The position numbers were made by a program, and so were the translations under genes. Shown piece by piece: positions 35,074 through 48,290 of a stretch of 64,000 bases of DNA. Within the stretch, counting starts at the first letter, position 1, and each line of letters begins with the position of its first letter. Source of the stretch: Azolla caroliniana (lineage: Eukaryota; Plantae; Polypodiophyta); contig JBHGNT010000006.1 of assembly GCA_043228905.1 (NCBI GenBank), forward strand, positions 11,284,001-11,348,000, given 5' to 3'. The notes under the pieces were generated by a model. It saw only the letters and a program-made list of their open reading frames with translations. It was not told the origin of the DNA and searched no databases.

Positions 35074-37965
35074 TGTTGAGAGATCAAGCTCAACTTAGTT
35101 TAGTTATTTAGTCAATCATGTAACTTCGTTGTTACCTAGATAGAATCTAGAACTACGAGTGTTGACTATAACGCCTTAAATAGGACCTTGTACTTAAGTG
35201 GGATATTCTAGATCTCCACTCCTAAGTACATTTAATATAGGACTTACACCTTAGTACCTATATTCTACTCACACATGTGCACCTTTGCACATGAGATGTA
35301 TATATACCTCATTGTGGGTATTTTTGTATTTGATGATGATAATGCTAATTTAATATAGAGTTAATAATCCCCCATCTTGTGTTGCTCATAAGTGTTAACT
35401 TCTTCTCTCTCTCTTCCTCTCATACACATACACACACATATCACTTAATCTTCCACTTAACTTAATCACATAATTAGGTACTAATTAACCCATAGTTAAT
35501 CACCTAATTCTTAACATGGTATCAGAGCGTGTGGTTTAGAAAATCCACTAAGCCCACCCGACTCCGTGCTTGTGTGTTCGAGACGCAGACGACAAAATCC
35601 GGCTATCGACTACCGTAGTGCCGCTACCTAGCACGTGTACATGATCGAAAGAAGAAAAGCAAAAGAAGAGAAGACACTACATCAAAATGAACACACAAAT
35701 GGGTAGCTTGCTCCCTAGTGAAAAGCTAGACCGGAGCAATTATTCATCTTGGGAGTACAAGATGACCCAATACCTTGTCGGCCAAGGGTATTGGAGCTAC
35801 ATCAACGGCACACAAGAAAATCGACCCGACTCAAAGAACGCTGGCTACGCAACATGGGAGCAAGCGGCGAGTCGAGTCATGTATTGCTTGGAAACATGTG
35901 TCGACGATCACATGCTTAGCCACATTCAAGACGCCAAGACGCCTAAAAAGGCGTGGGGGAACTTGAAGAAGATGTTCGCCGCCAACACGACCACCTGAAA
36001 GCTTCAACTCCGACAAGAGTTGAACAACATTCGGCAAAACGATATGTCTGTGTCAGACTACATTGCCAAAATCAAGAGCATTTGCAACTTGCTTGGCTCC
36101 ATCAACATAAATATCGATGAAGACGAGATGGTTCAAGTATGCTTGGGCGGCCTTGTACAACGATTCGATCCATTATGAACGACAATCTTGGCGAGAGAAA
36201 ACCCTCCTTCGTTCTTCGACCTCCAATCAATGTTATTGGTCGAAGAGAACCATGTCTAAACCAAGATGAAGAAGTCGGAACGACAAATGTTCTTCTCAAG
36301 TTTGGACAGTGACCAAGGACGAGGTCACGGTGAAGGAGTCATGGCGGTAGAAGTGGCCGATTCGAGCCATCACACGAAGGGAACTCAAACCTTTGACAAC
36401 AAGATGGAAGCCATCAAGGAACCTTCGGAAGAAGGGGGAGCTTCCATGCCGAACAAGGTCGGCAAATGAGGCCCGCAACTTGCAACTATTGCGGAAAAAT
36501 CGACCACGGCAAGGAGGAGTGCCAAAAAAGAAGAAGTGAGTTGGCTTCGACAAGTCGACAATTCACGAATTACACCACCAACTCCGAATACGAAGACCAC
36601 GATGGACTATTCGTAATGAGGCATAGAGCGAACTCTATGTCAGCCTCCGACTCCGCAAGCACCTCCAATTCGGAAGACGTGTGGTTCGCCGATTCCGGCG
36701 CCTCACACCACATGACATCCCACAAAGAGTGGTTCAATGACTTGCATACACCGTATCAACCCGGCTTCATAGAGACGGAAGACGACACCACATATCCCAT
36801 TCGGCACACCGGCAATGTCCCATTCGAGAAAGAAGGCGAGCAAACTTGCATCAAGAATGTCTGGCATGTGCCCATAATAACGAAGAATTTAGTCTCCGTC
36901 AGCCAAATCATGGAGCAAGGCATGCAAGTCTGCTTTAACAACGATGGTTGTTTCATCGAGAAAGATAGCAAACTCATAGCCAAGGGACGAAGAGACAATC
37001 GAATGTTCATCCTCGATTCGAACGAGGTGAAATCGGCAATGTACACTAAAGATCTCAAAACCGAGACAAGCATCGAGTTGTTGCACAAAAGAATCGACCA
37101 CATAAACCTCCAACAGCTTCGAGCTATGCAATCAAAGGGAGTTGTCATCGGACTTCCGGCATTCGAGTCGAAATGAGTCGACCGAGTATGCGAAGCATGC
37201 CAACCCGGCAAACAACATCGAATCACATTCCCGAAGGAGAGCTACGCAAGCAAAGGCCTCCTCGACATCATACACTTGGATGTATGGGGATTGGCTCAAA
37301 CGCCAACGATCGGCGGATGCCGATTGTACGTCACCTTCATCGACGACTACTCGCGCTACGCGTGGATCTTCCCAATGAAGAAGAAAAGTGAAGTGTTCTC
37401 CCACTTCCAAAAGCTTAAGGGCCAAGTCGAAAAAGAAACTGGTAAGCACATTTGATGCCTACGATCGGATGGAGGAAAGGAGTACTTCTCCGATGAATTC
37501 ACCTCCTACCTCCAAAGTGAAGGCATTCGGAGAGAATTCTCATGCCGACACACCCCAACAAAATGGAGTCGCCGAAAGGAAGAATCGGCAAATACTCAAG
37601 GTAGTACGGGCCATGTTACATGAGAAGCACATGCAGAACTTCTATTGAGCCGATGCAGCATCCACGGCCGTCTATCTCATGAACCGCTACACCACTAATG
37701 GAGTGCATGAGCTAACTCCATACGAGCTCCTCGTTGGAAGGAAGTCGATCCTGTCGCACCTCAAGGTGTTCGGAAGCATTGCGAATGTACGCATCCCGAA
37801 CGAAAACCGATAGAAGCCCGACACGAGTCGGAGAAATGTATCCTCGTAGGATACTCGTCCAAGAAGATGCCATACAAGTGCTACAACCCTTCTACCCGAG
37901 CGGTTCAGGCAAGTCGAGACCTAGTCTTCGACGAGTCCACATCTTGGTACGCACCAGAGACAACT
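35074..37965 (+). mobile_element. 3'-truncated Bryco-like copia element, family E (internal region related to B, different LTR)
   Basis: LTR 35074-35516 and PBS 35517-35528. gag MNTQMGSLLPSEKLDRSNY, protease WFADSGAS and integrase to ~37965. No RT or 3' LTR. Confidence 0.9.
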
Positions 37966-38828
37966 TTCTTTAGATTTCCTTAACAAGTTTCCTAGCTTTC
38001 TCGCGCGTAAGATTTGAGGAACAGATTTTTCGATAATGCATGCCAACCAGGGATTTACGTTGTTGTGATGCTTTTGACACATAGTGTGAAACCACCCTTG
38101 AAAAGAAGTAAAATAGTAGTTCAAATAATAGTATTATGAAGTCAACTTTATTAGTAAGAAAATACTTTTTCAAAGAGAATTCCTTATAAATAAAAGGTCA
38201 AAGGATTAAATCTTACAATAAATGATGAGGAATATAAAGTTAGAAGCGGTTTTCAAAAATAGACAAAAGTACAGAAAAAAATGGGAAAAGAAAAGCTAGG
38301 CGTGGATATGAGGAGCATGGTAGAGTAAAAAGCTCGTAATTTCTTCGGTTGATGTCCAAATTAGAAAAGAAAGATGAATAAGAAAGCTAACAAAAAGAGC
38401 TTTACAAGAATATCTTGCATGTCAAATTTGAGGTTATGGAACAGAAATAGTAATAAAAGGGAAACCGACTCACATGCAAGCTTTTGTTTAGGGGAAAATA
38501 GTTGCTTGTGTGTTCGTGTGTCTTGTGACAAGGGAGCATTCGGGCTTGCCCATGCACCTCTCCTTTCACAAAGGCATTCGGAAATTTGTCATAAGTTTGT
38601 GTATGTAAGCCTTTTCCTGATGTGTCCGTGTGTAAACCTTCCTCTAATGCATTCATTCTCCTTGTGACTAGGGGTTGATTCGAGCTTGCCCGTGCACCTC
38701 TCTTATTCACGAACATGTTTGAATATTCGTGCCTTCCTCATGTTGTGCGTGTGAGCTCTAATTCCTTCCAGTCCATAACCCCGACGGTTCTGCCTAACTA
38801 TCCGCACATAGTGACGGATTTTCACAAC
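37966..38828 (+). mobile_element. Possible remnant (3' part) of an unrelated LTR
   Basis: Abrupt junction with E, TATAAATA at ~38184, short internal repeats (TGCACCTCTC) and a ...CACAACA end. No partner LTR or TSD seen. Confidence 0.35.
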
Positions 38829-41211
38829 AATGCATCATTGGTATTATGTGTTTACCATTCTAATCTGTCTTCACATCCATAGCTTTCTTTTTTGCATTGT
38901 TGTATGCCTTTTCATTGTTTTTGGCTAGTATCAGATTTGCATCTGACCTTTAGGCAATCACATATATGATTTGAAAGGGTCTGGGCTGTCGAACCACGTC
39001 TCTCGAAATTTATCAGTACATATGGCAGAAAACACTTTTCACATATCGAGGTCGGAATGGGATCTGATTCGGGTGTTTCATGTCTTACAAAGCTACCTGG
39101 ACGTAACGAAACGCTCGATTAATGAACAAAAGAGTGTTAACAACAAAAGCGGCCGACGCCGAATAGCAAGCAAGCAAACAAGGAAAGTGCAAATACAATT
39201 GGTACTTCGCCTTCGATCACTACCAACCTCACAAGGATGTCATCAATTCGCAGGTGGTTATTAAGTAAAAAGTGTAATATATATGGCTAACAAACCAAAG
39301 TTCTTCTTTTGAACTTTCAAGAAGGCCTGAATATTCATAGATTATTATACGATAATCTTTAATGCGGCTCAGATTGCGGAAAGAATTGAATGCTAGAATT
39401 TCGAAATTCCGTTGGTAAAATTAAGAAGGATCATGCAAGAAGGCAATATCATCTTTTGGCCATAAGGTGCGAATCCAACACTTTTCTTTTCACTTTAAAG
39501 TAGTCAGCGACAATCTTGATGAATCAATGGCAAGAAGATGCTTTGCACTTTTCATTCCACTTCAAAGCAACAATCTTTGAACTCGGAAATGGAAAAAGAG
39601 CTTGGAAGAAGAATGGGCTAAGGACGGAGTCAAACCGTCATTCCAGGATTTGCAGTCCAATACATTGCCATTATGTTACCCAGCCAATAGAACGTTTTTC
39701 CCGCTTAAATGAAGAGAGGCGGGACTATCATTTCATTTAAGGGGGGTGACCTTAGGCCACCATTTGAAATAATCTAAAGCCTTACAATCAATTTCTGTGA
39801 TGCCATAAAATGTGAAACAACAACAATTTTGGGTAAAATAAGAATTAGTGATTGAAAAAGACCCACAACTTGCTTGTGAAGCCGACCAACGTATGCCAAC
39901 ACAACTTGTTTATGCCTATTAAAGAACCTTTTAATGCTAATTCACAAAAAACCATTCGAACCATACAAAATAACTAATATACGAAACGATTGTCGGAATT
40001 GGTTGCAATTGCTTGCAAGATTTGTATGATTATTCTTGACAAAAAAAAAAGAATTGATTATTCTACATAAACTCTAATCCAACCAAGGTTGCTCCTTAGT
40101 CCTACCATTATATTTAATGCATTATCCATATTTGGTATAAAGTATACACATGTGCATTAAGGGTACGTGACATTATATTTCAGGTTTGAATTTGACATGA
40201 CTAAATTTATTCTCATTGTCTGATTGTATAACATAGATTATAAATGCATCATATGAGCACAAAGTACGATATAAAAGGGGTTAAAAAGACACCAATCTAG
40301 AGGTAAATTTTCAAGCAAAAACTAATTAGGGAGAAGTTGTCCCAATGGTTGATCATGCTGTGTAGAGTTGGGTGAGGATATCTTCACATATGGCTATCAT
40401 TACTTTAGAGAAGTTTCTGAATCATCTCCCATCATGGATCAAGGGGCATGCAGCTATAATAAATGGCACTTTCTTCCATTATTTCAAGCAAATACTTGTC
40501 ACTTTCATCAATGCTCCAACAATGTTCCCGATTTTGTCCATATGCCAACCATCTTCAGAATGAGAATTTCACTCTAAAGCAATTCTGTGTAAGAAATGAA
40601 CTAGCTCAGCGGTTTCAATCTTTGTTACCAGTTTAATTCTCCACTAAATTTTGGGTTCCAATTTTCATTTATAATTACTCAAATTGCTTACTTTTTATCG
40701 ACTTCAAAATTTGGGGAAAATGTTTGGTGTCTTACCAATTCGGACACCAATATATATTGGGTACTTCATATGTCATCTATTTATTGTCACTGATGTGAAA
40801 ACAAGATTTTAAGAGAGAATTCCAACCAACGCCAAAATGCCTCTAGCCATTCAGAATCCCGTGAAGTGTATTTTTTATATTTCTATATTAAGATGTCAAA
40901 ACTTAATGAGAAAATAAAGCTTTAGGCTACACATCTAAGGCTTTATAATAACTAAACTGATAGATATTTTTCCAATATGATAAACCAAAATGAAGATCAG
41001 CATTAATAACGTGTTTGAACAAAAATGTATATTGTGGTGCATTTTGCCTTTCCAGCATATTGAGGGGTTTTGGGCTTTGAGGTGTATGGTTTATGGTTAA
41101 CGGTTTCGGATTTGATGGCTTATACGATTTTAGGTTTATAGAGTTGATATGGTTTATGGTTGAAACTATGTAGCATTAAATACCAACCATGTTCACAAGG
41201 CATGGGCTCTT

Positions 41212-44200
41212 TCACAACCCTTTTGAGCTGTATTGAAATTCAGATATAACCACGAGAGAATCACCAACTGTAAAACTCAACGGATCATCTTTCGAACAAG
41301 GATTTATTACCTGAAAAGAACACATTTGTATTGTCACAAAATACAAGCTAATAGACTTGATTGAAAGGTTTTGAAGAGAAAAGCATGTAACACATGACAG
41401 TTTTTTTACCATCTTGCCACCTATCCTAAAGCCAATTGCAACTTCATCCTTGAGAATTGCTCTTTCAGAAATTTCGGCAAATGATATCATCTCCTCCAGT
41501 TTTATGTATCTCCGAATGTCCTAATAGCATAAATTTCAATTCAATGACATCTGATTCAATCTTCAAATTCTCTATTTCATGGAAAGTATGCATATATAGA
41601 GGACACCTTCATGTATATCTCATTTCCCCAAGAGTTTAAAAGCTCCGTCCATATATCATTTAGTTCAGGTTCCTCGGCCACTATTTTGAACATCAATCAT
41701 CATATCATTACAGTTTGCAATATGATTGCCATTACGGTCGTGAAGTGAGGTTTTAGGGCCACAAGCATAAACTGAAAACAAATTACAACCGCAATCCAAA
41801 CTGACCTTGAGATGTGACAAGACCCACGATTTCATCCGTTCCAACGGCTGTTAAGTGTGGATGTAGCTTCATAACCTAAATACCCAGGGTTGATATTTTG
41901 AGAGTGAAAAGCAAAAATAATAATGCAAAAAACAAAGATAAAACATGTGCCATTGAAAAGGAAATTATTTTGGCAAATAACGACCACCTGTTTTCCAAGG
42001 TCCACATTAATGAATTCTGCAACAAGACTGACAACCTAGGGAGAAAGAAAACAATAAAAAAAGGAAATATGAATGGCAGGATTCATGAATTAACTCATTG
42101 ATGCCCAGCAAATCTTTTGAAATTTTCTTAGTTAATACCTCAATGTCTAGTTGTTTACATGTATCTTCAGCCAGGAGGAGTGCCAATACAGCCTTTTTAT
42201 CAGGTCTTGATTTATCTGAGTCCCAAACATGATCACAAATTGCAAGATTGTAATCTTAAATGAAGTCGCGAGTAAATGTAACATAAATGCAAGATATATT
42301 GTAACCTTCTATTGTCCCTGTATCCTCTGCGATAACCAAAATAGAAAGGGGCATCTTTGTAGCATTCGTGTGCTGTGCCTTGATGCCCGACATTGTTGCT
42401 GATTTCAATGGATTCAGTATTGCTGCTTTCAAGTCAGTCCTACTCATAGGATTGCCGAACTATGCATGAAAAATGGTTTAAGATGAATGTTTTGAACAAT
42501 CATATACAGCTCGATTTTCGTCAACCATGAAAAAATTAAAAAAGATTAGCAATGTGAAATCGTAAATATAAAGATTGTGTCCGTATCAGTAGACGTATTT
42601 CAAATCATAACACCATAGTTCTCAAAAAATGATATCCCAGAGGCCAGCTAGGAATACACTTTAAACTTTCGGGGAAAGATTTTGTATTTGCAATACAGAA
42701 TGGATTTTATTTTCTTAATATATGTTTCGTAGTAGGGGGTCTTCCTAGTGGTAAGCCAAGTCTTTACTTACCTGTGCACCCAGGCATGGAATATAGAGGT
42801 TAAACACACGACTTCCTAGTCGCCACTGGACAACCTAACAAACTGAACTACAACAGTATTGGAATAACCAGATGGTTTGTGGTGAATTTATCCTCATTAT
42901 TTCGTAAGCCGGTAGGACGAAAACAATACCTGGTGTATCACATCAATGTTTTGCAGTTGTTTGTCCTTTTTCCTGTTAATGATTTGTTCTCGTACTCCCA
43001 CAGGTGTGTCAGCGACTATTATCTGAAAATGCATCACAAAATAACTTTATGTTTCTGATGTACACCAAAAACATGGTAACACACTCTAATCAGACTGAAG
43101 GGAGCATGTTAGCATATATGCATGCATATATTGCACTTACTAGCTCACTACCAGGCCCAACATAATCATCATATTCCATAATCATTTCTATCACACGAGA
43201 ATGCCATCCAAGTATTAAAATTCGTTCTTTAGGCCCAGCTTGCCAATCTGCCGCCTACCATAATATTCAAATCATTTTACTCCTCTTTGGCAAAACAAAA
43301 ACAAATGTGAAGTTTAGTATTGCAGCTCATAAACTTACCTTCGAAAGAAATTTCTTTGCTGTAGAGGATGGAACAGATGTATTCATTGAAATTACGGGTA
43401 AATTGTGAATTGATCTTTGAGTAGAGTTCTCATTCTTTAGTTTTCTACATGCGACAATCTCATTGGGTGCTTGTTTATATTCATTTTTGGCACAGATAAG
43501 CATCAGCTAGGCAGAAACAAAAAGGAAAAAGCAATGACAACTTGTTTCAAAAATTCAACCTTTTTATCAACAAATTTAGTGAAGTTATGATCGGAAAAGA
43601 AGGTATAATGCATCAACATATCCCTAACATGGAGCGCCAAGAGATTACCTTATCAGTTTCCTTGAGCTGCAATGAATCTTTGGGATGAAAATAAATCTTT
43701 CCCTCACGGATGAGACCACATACTATAGCCTGAAGAACAGGATATCATGAAGTGGAAACATGAGACTAAAAAAACAAGATTTCTCATTGTCTTTTGCAGC
43801 CATGTGTTTTTACCTTAGGAAATCCTGTCCTCACTTCTTGATAACTGATCCCCGCAAGGTTTAGGTAGGTTCTCAAGTTTATTACTTGCTCTGCTTGCAA
43901 ATAAGTAAGATGTTAAGTAAAGGAAGCCTGAAAATGATTTGCATGATAAACTTCACCATATTTTCAATAATTTAAGAAAGGCATTTACTATCATGCTCAA
44001 GAAGTTCACGATACACATCAATCAATCCAGGTTGCCGTGAACATTGGACCAATATCTTTGATGACAAGTTTTGCAAAGGGTTTACTTTCAGTCTTGTACA
44101 GGACTTCAAAAGGTCCAATGTATTCAGATCAAGAACCTGAAACAGGCATACAAGGAATTCAATGGTTCTTTGTTAATCACAAAGATAAAATGCTTCCAGA

Positions 44201-47200
44201 AAGTGGAAAAACAGCAATTAATTCAGAAATTATATTCCAGATAAAAGTTATTCCTCTAAATGTTCAAAAATATGCATACACTCTTCCCCATTACTTCCAC
44301 TCTTTTCTCTAGCTATAAGAGGACGGTTTATAAGGTGTCTAAATCGTGTCACTGGAATGAATATCAACATGAATAATAACCAAAGCTAAAATGTACAGAG
44401 ACACAGCCATTTGCTACTATCTACAAACAAGCATATGCAAAAAATATATAGACAAGCATGAGTTGGTTTTGAATAATAAAAAGTAGCTACAGCATGAAAG
44501 TGGCAAGAAACTAGACCTCTACAACAAGATTCCCTGGTTTATTCTCCAATAATGGCTGTAATGCCAAGACAGTTAAGACTGATTCTGCATCCGCTTCATA
44601 CCTTATACAAGTATTAGTTATTATGTTAGAAAAATCACCTTAGGTAACTTTGAAACATTTTCTGAAACGCACATACTTGTTGCCAGTTGAAGCTAACACA
44701 ATGATTGACCGAGCATTGCCTGCAGCTACTTTCTCAAATGAGATTGTGTTGCTTAAATTGCCACTGTATTATAATCAAACAACGTAAAACATTGAAACTG
44801 ATATGAGGATAGCTAGATATATATGAAAAACATGTTGTGTTGACCAATCATATATCAAGTTAACTTGGCATATGAAAACGATCCATACACAAAGATGAAG
44901 GATGTAGTCAAATAAGTAGATGCACACAAAATGTGCCTAATATTTTTAATGAATATTGGATAATTTAATTTCTATTGTAATTTTGATTATGTAATAGATT
45001 TGGAATCGTTACCAACCTTTTTTTATGTTCGTGTATAAATCTATAGAGTACTGTGTGAAATGCTGAAATGTGGCGAAATTTCACCATGAGAACTTTGTAA
45101 GAATGATTCGAGAGGAGACCAAGGTTTCATAACTGCTGATAGCTGATCGGTAATAAGTGAAACCAAAGATATACTAAACTCTTGGAATGCTGAAAGGCTA
45201 GAGGTTGGACATTATCATTCATTATCATTCACTTTATAACTGTTAATTTGGTAAGTCCTAGACTCCCTTTTTTAAGGTTTCCTATGTTTCAGTTTCATAT
45301 TGTTTAGAAATTTCTTCTTTGTGCAACTCTTTACTTAATCATAAAAGCAGAAAAGAAGATAACTGTCCTCTGACGCAAAAAAGACTTGTGTGACATACTT
45401 GTGAGGGAATGAAACAGCATAATAATGGCATTGATAGCATAGATTACTTTTTTGTCATACTGCTATTTAGCAAAACAAAACAAAGACTCCAAATTTCATA
45501 TATGATCCTCAAAACAGCTCTATGATCTAAATCACATTAAAAACTGAAATCAAGAACGAGTAAGACCTTCTCGTATGGATATTGAGCTGATGAAGGTCTT
45601 TGAAAGCATAAGATACCATTTTTTCTGTAATTTTTCTCTCATGTTCTGACAACAACAGGACTGCTTGCTTCCTGGAAAAAAATGGTACGGAGATCATTCA
45701 AAGCGAGTTCCTTCCTACTGTTTCTGCAGAATAGAATTATAACAGAAAAGGCACAAAATGCAGGCAATTCTCCATCCCAGTTTTCATAGCATGCAATATG
45801 TATGAACGGCCTCAGTGAATATATATATATACAACATTGGAATACAAAAATGATCTCAGTAATTTTTCTCATATTCACACGAAAACAGGACGGTTTGCTT
45901 CCTAGAAAAAAATGGTACAGATATCATTTAATGCCAGTTCCTTCCTACTGTTTTTGCAGAATAGAATTATACAAGAAACGGCACAAAATGCACGCGATTC
46001 TCCAACCCCAGTTTATCATAGGATGCAAAAAAATATATACAACATTAGAATACAAAAACAAAATTTACAATATACACACATATAAAATGAGAATTGCTAA
46101 ATATACCGTGGCCATTGCAAACCATTGCGACGAGCTATCTCATGGGATTTGTTCAACTGCTTCAGAATGGTTATAAGATGATTGTTCATTCCACAAATAA
46201 CTATATGCCCATTTTCCATGACTTCTGAATGTGCTCCTTCCCTCAACCAATCCATGCGACTCTTCAAACAATTTTAAATATATACAATAGGATTAAAATT
46301 TTCATAATTTTTCAAAGTGCTCCTCTGCTATACAATATGCAGAAATAAACAGATTTCTGTTTTGGACATATACATACTTTCCTTTTAAGATTAGAGTATG
46401 AAACCCATACATGGACCACACAGACCATTTCACTTCTCTGTAGGGTTAATGATTTAGGGTTTAGCATGCATATACCCACCTAGTAAACTTCAGATTACTA
46501 CATTTATCATATGTATAAAGTGCCTACTGTCTTCTCCTCATCAAGTAGTAATGTGGAAAAAACAATACTTTATAAATTCCGACCATGATGGCATTGTTAG
46601 TTTGATCTCAACATTTTTGGTAGTCGTTAAGAGAAAAATTTGCATTTATGTATCCCAAATGCAAAGCTCAAACTTCAAATAGCTGGGCCTATTGTTCAGA
46701 GAGTCATAATACCTTGAATTGGGCTGTCATTGTGCTTATCAAAAGGGAATAGAAAAGCAGGCCACACATAGCCAGTATGAAACCAATGGCACGCTCCATG
46801 CCTGTGGTAAACTAGAAGCACAGCAAAATCACTCAATTAACAAGGAAGCATTTGAAACTAAAGAATAACATGAAGAGTATACATGTTGAAATGATTCAGT
46901 GATCTTTTTTATCGCTGTTGCACCTTGAGGTGTGTAGACGAGGAGGAAACACAAGCCCAAGCATCCCAAAAGGAATCTTCAATGCTTTCTTCGTAGCTCC
47001 TGATTCTCATCCAAAACAATAATGTAATGGGTTAGCTTGATAAAATATATAGAAAACATGATTGAAATTTATTAAAAACGTGACAATGCTAGATGCGACA
47101 ATGCACAAGAGAATGTATAACAAAGTCTGAAAATCTTGAGCCGAAGAAAGCTTTCATATACATTATCAAAATTTGTTTCATTGTTCCTGTTGTTGGTTGC

Positions 47201-48290
47201 ATGTGATAATAACATTTATGCAAAGGATAGGAATTTATAGTTTCAGAAGCTTGGCTAATGAAAAGATATTTTCATTGGAAAATAAATAAATAACGTTTTT
47301 GCCCATATCCCAATTATGGTATGCATCTGAATTTAGAAAAACAGACACAACGTTCATACCTAATTTTTGAGAAGAGAAGACCTCCTATGCATATAATAGC
47401 AAAACATGTGAACGTTAAGAAGAGAATATACCTACACAAGGGAGGGTAACAATGTTAATGACGATGAACAAAAGAAAGACCTCTGAATCTATCAACTTCT
47501 GGCCACCTCTTTTGTACACACTCAATATAATTAAGTTTTTAGCTTACGATATGGGATTCCGTTCCAAAGTAACATCCATCACATAAGAAATCCGAGGAAA
47601 AGGCTGGGGTATAACCAAGGAAGGGAAAACAGGTAATCGGTTTTGTAACACTGATGTAATTGCACCAAATTGCCAGAGAGAGTTTGAACTGTCCAAGCTA
47701 ATTTTTCTGGCGACACTCCCACATACAACTTGGAAACAATTAAAACAATCCTTTAGATTTGCCCTTATTTTGGTTGCCATGAAGAAAACAGATCCAACCA
47801 ATCCAATTACAACCTACATATATCCAAAGAAAAATGCCTATATTAACATATATTTTGAAGCCAAGATGTGCATTCTTGTTGAAGAGCGTTGCTATCATTA
47901 GAAAAGCAATGAGAATTCGTGATATCCCGAAACTGATTGTTGATATGCACATTACCTTTGCAGTTACAATGGTGGGCCATTGAGACTTTTTCAAATGATG
48001 TCCTTTAGATAAGTCCGCCCTGTTATGTTCAAAAAAAAAGATTTGATCACCACTCTGAGGAGCATGGTATGCAAGAAATGGAATACTTTCAGAAATATCA
48101 GCCGAATCTCGCTTCTCCCTTTCTTCTCCTGCATAGAAAATAGCTAATTCATGCCATGGTATGATTGTTGGCTCCAATGTGGTTAGGCGCAAAAAAACTT
48201 ACCTTCAGGAGATGAAAATGCTGTAACCCTCTTCACCTTCTGACTAACAAAGAGGCATCGTATCCAGAAGCCATTGTCCCTATACAAGTA
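41212..48290 (-). CDS. PEC1-like: Multi-exon (~23 exons seen) POLLUX-like / plastid envelope cation channel (CASTOR/POLLUX family, PEC1/PEC2 type); the 5' end is not resolved
   Basis: Manually spliced GT-AG exons, phase-consistent where checked, give: [24 protein letters not shown] (47361-47431); [21 protein letters not shown] (46924-47000); [29 protein letters not shown]; [19 protein letters not shown]; [15 protein letters not shown]; [16 protein letters not shown]; [10 protein letters not shown]; [11 protein letters not shown]; [10 protein letters not shown]; [18 protein letters not shown]; final exon [16 protein letters not shown] with stop at 41212. These match my recollection of Arabidopsis POLLUX-like channels with RCK domains. 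Confidence 0.85.
45625..46060. repeat. Diverged ~230-bp tandem duplication spanning an intron 3' end and an exon start
   Basis: AACAGGA...TTCCTACTG...GCAGAATAGAATTATA...GGCACAAAATGCA is repeated with an offset of 230 bp (45660 vs 45890). Confidence 0.85.

Noticed and set aside
41060-41165. Telomere-like TTTAGGG tract
   Set aside because: It is short and highly degenerate, so it is not evidence of a chromosome end or fusion.
46924-47000. Symbiosis channel CASTOR/POLLUX/DMI1
   Set aside because: The filter motif is SSSSTHLK rather than ADSGNHA.
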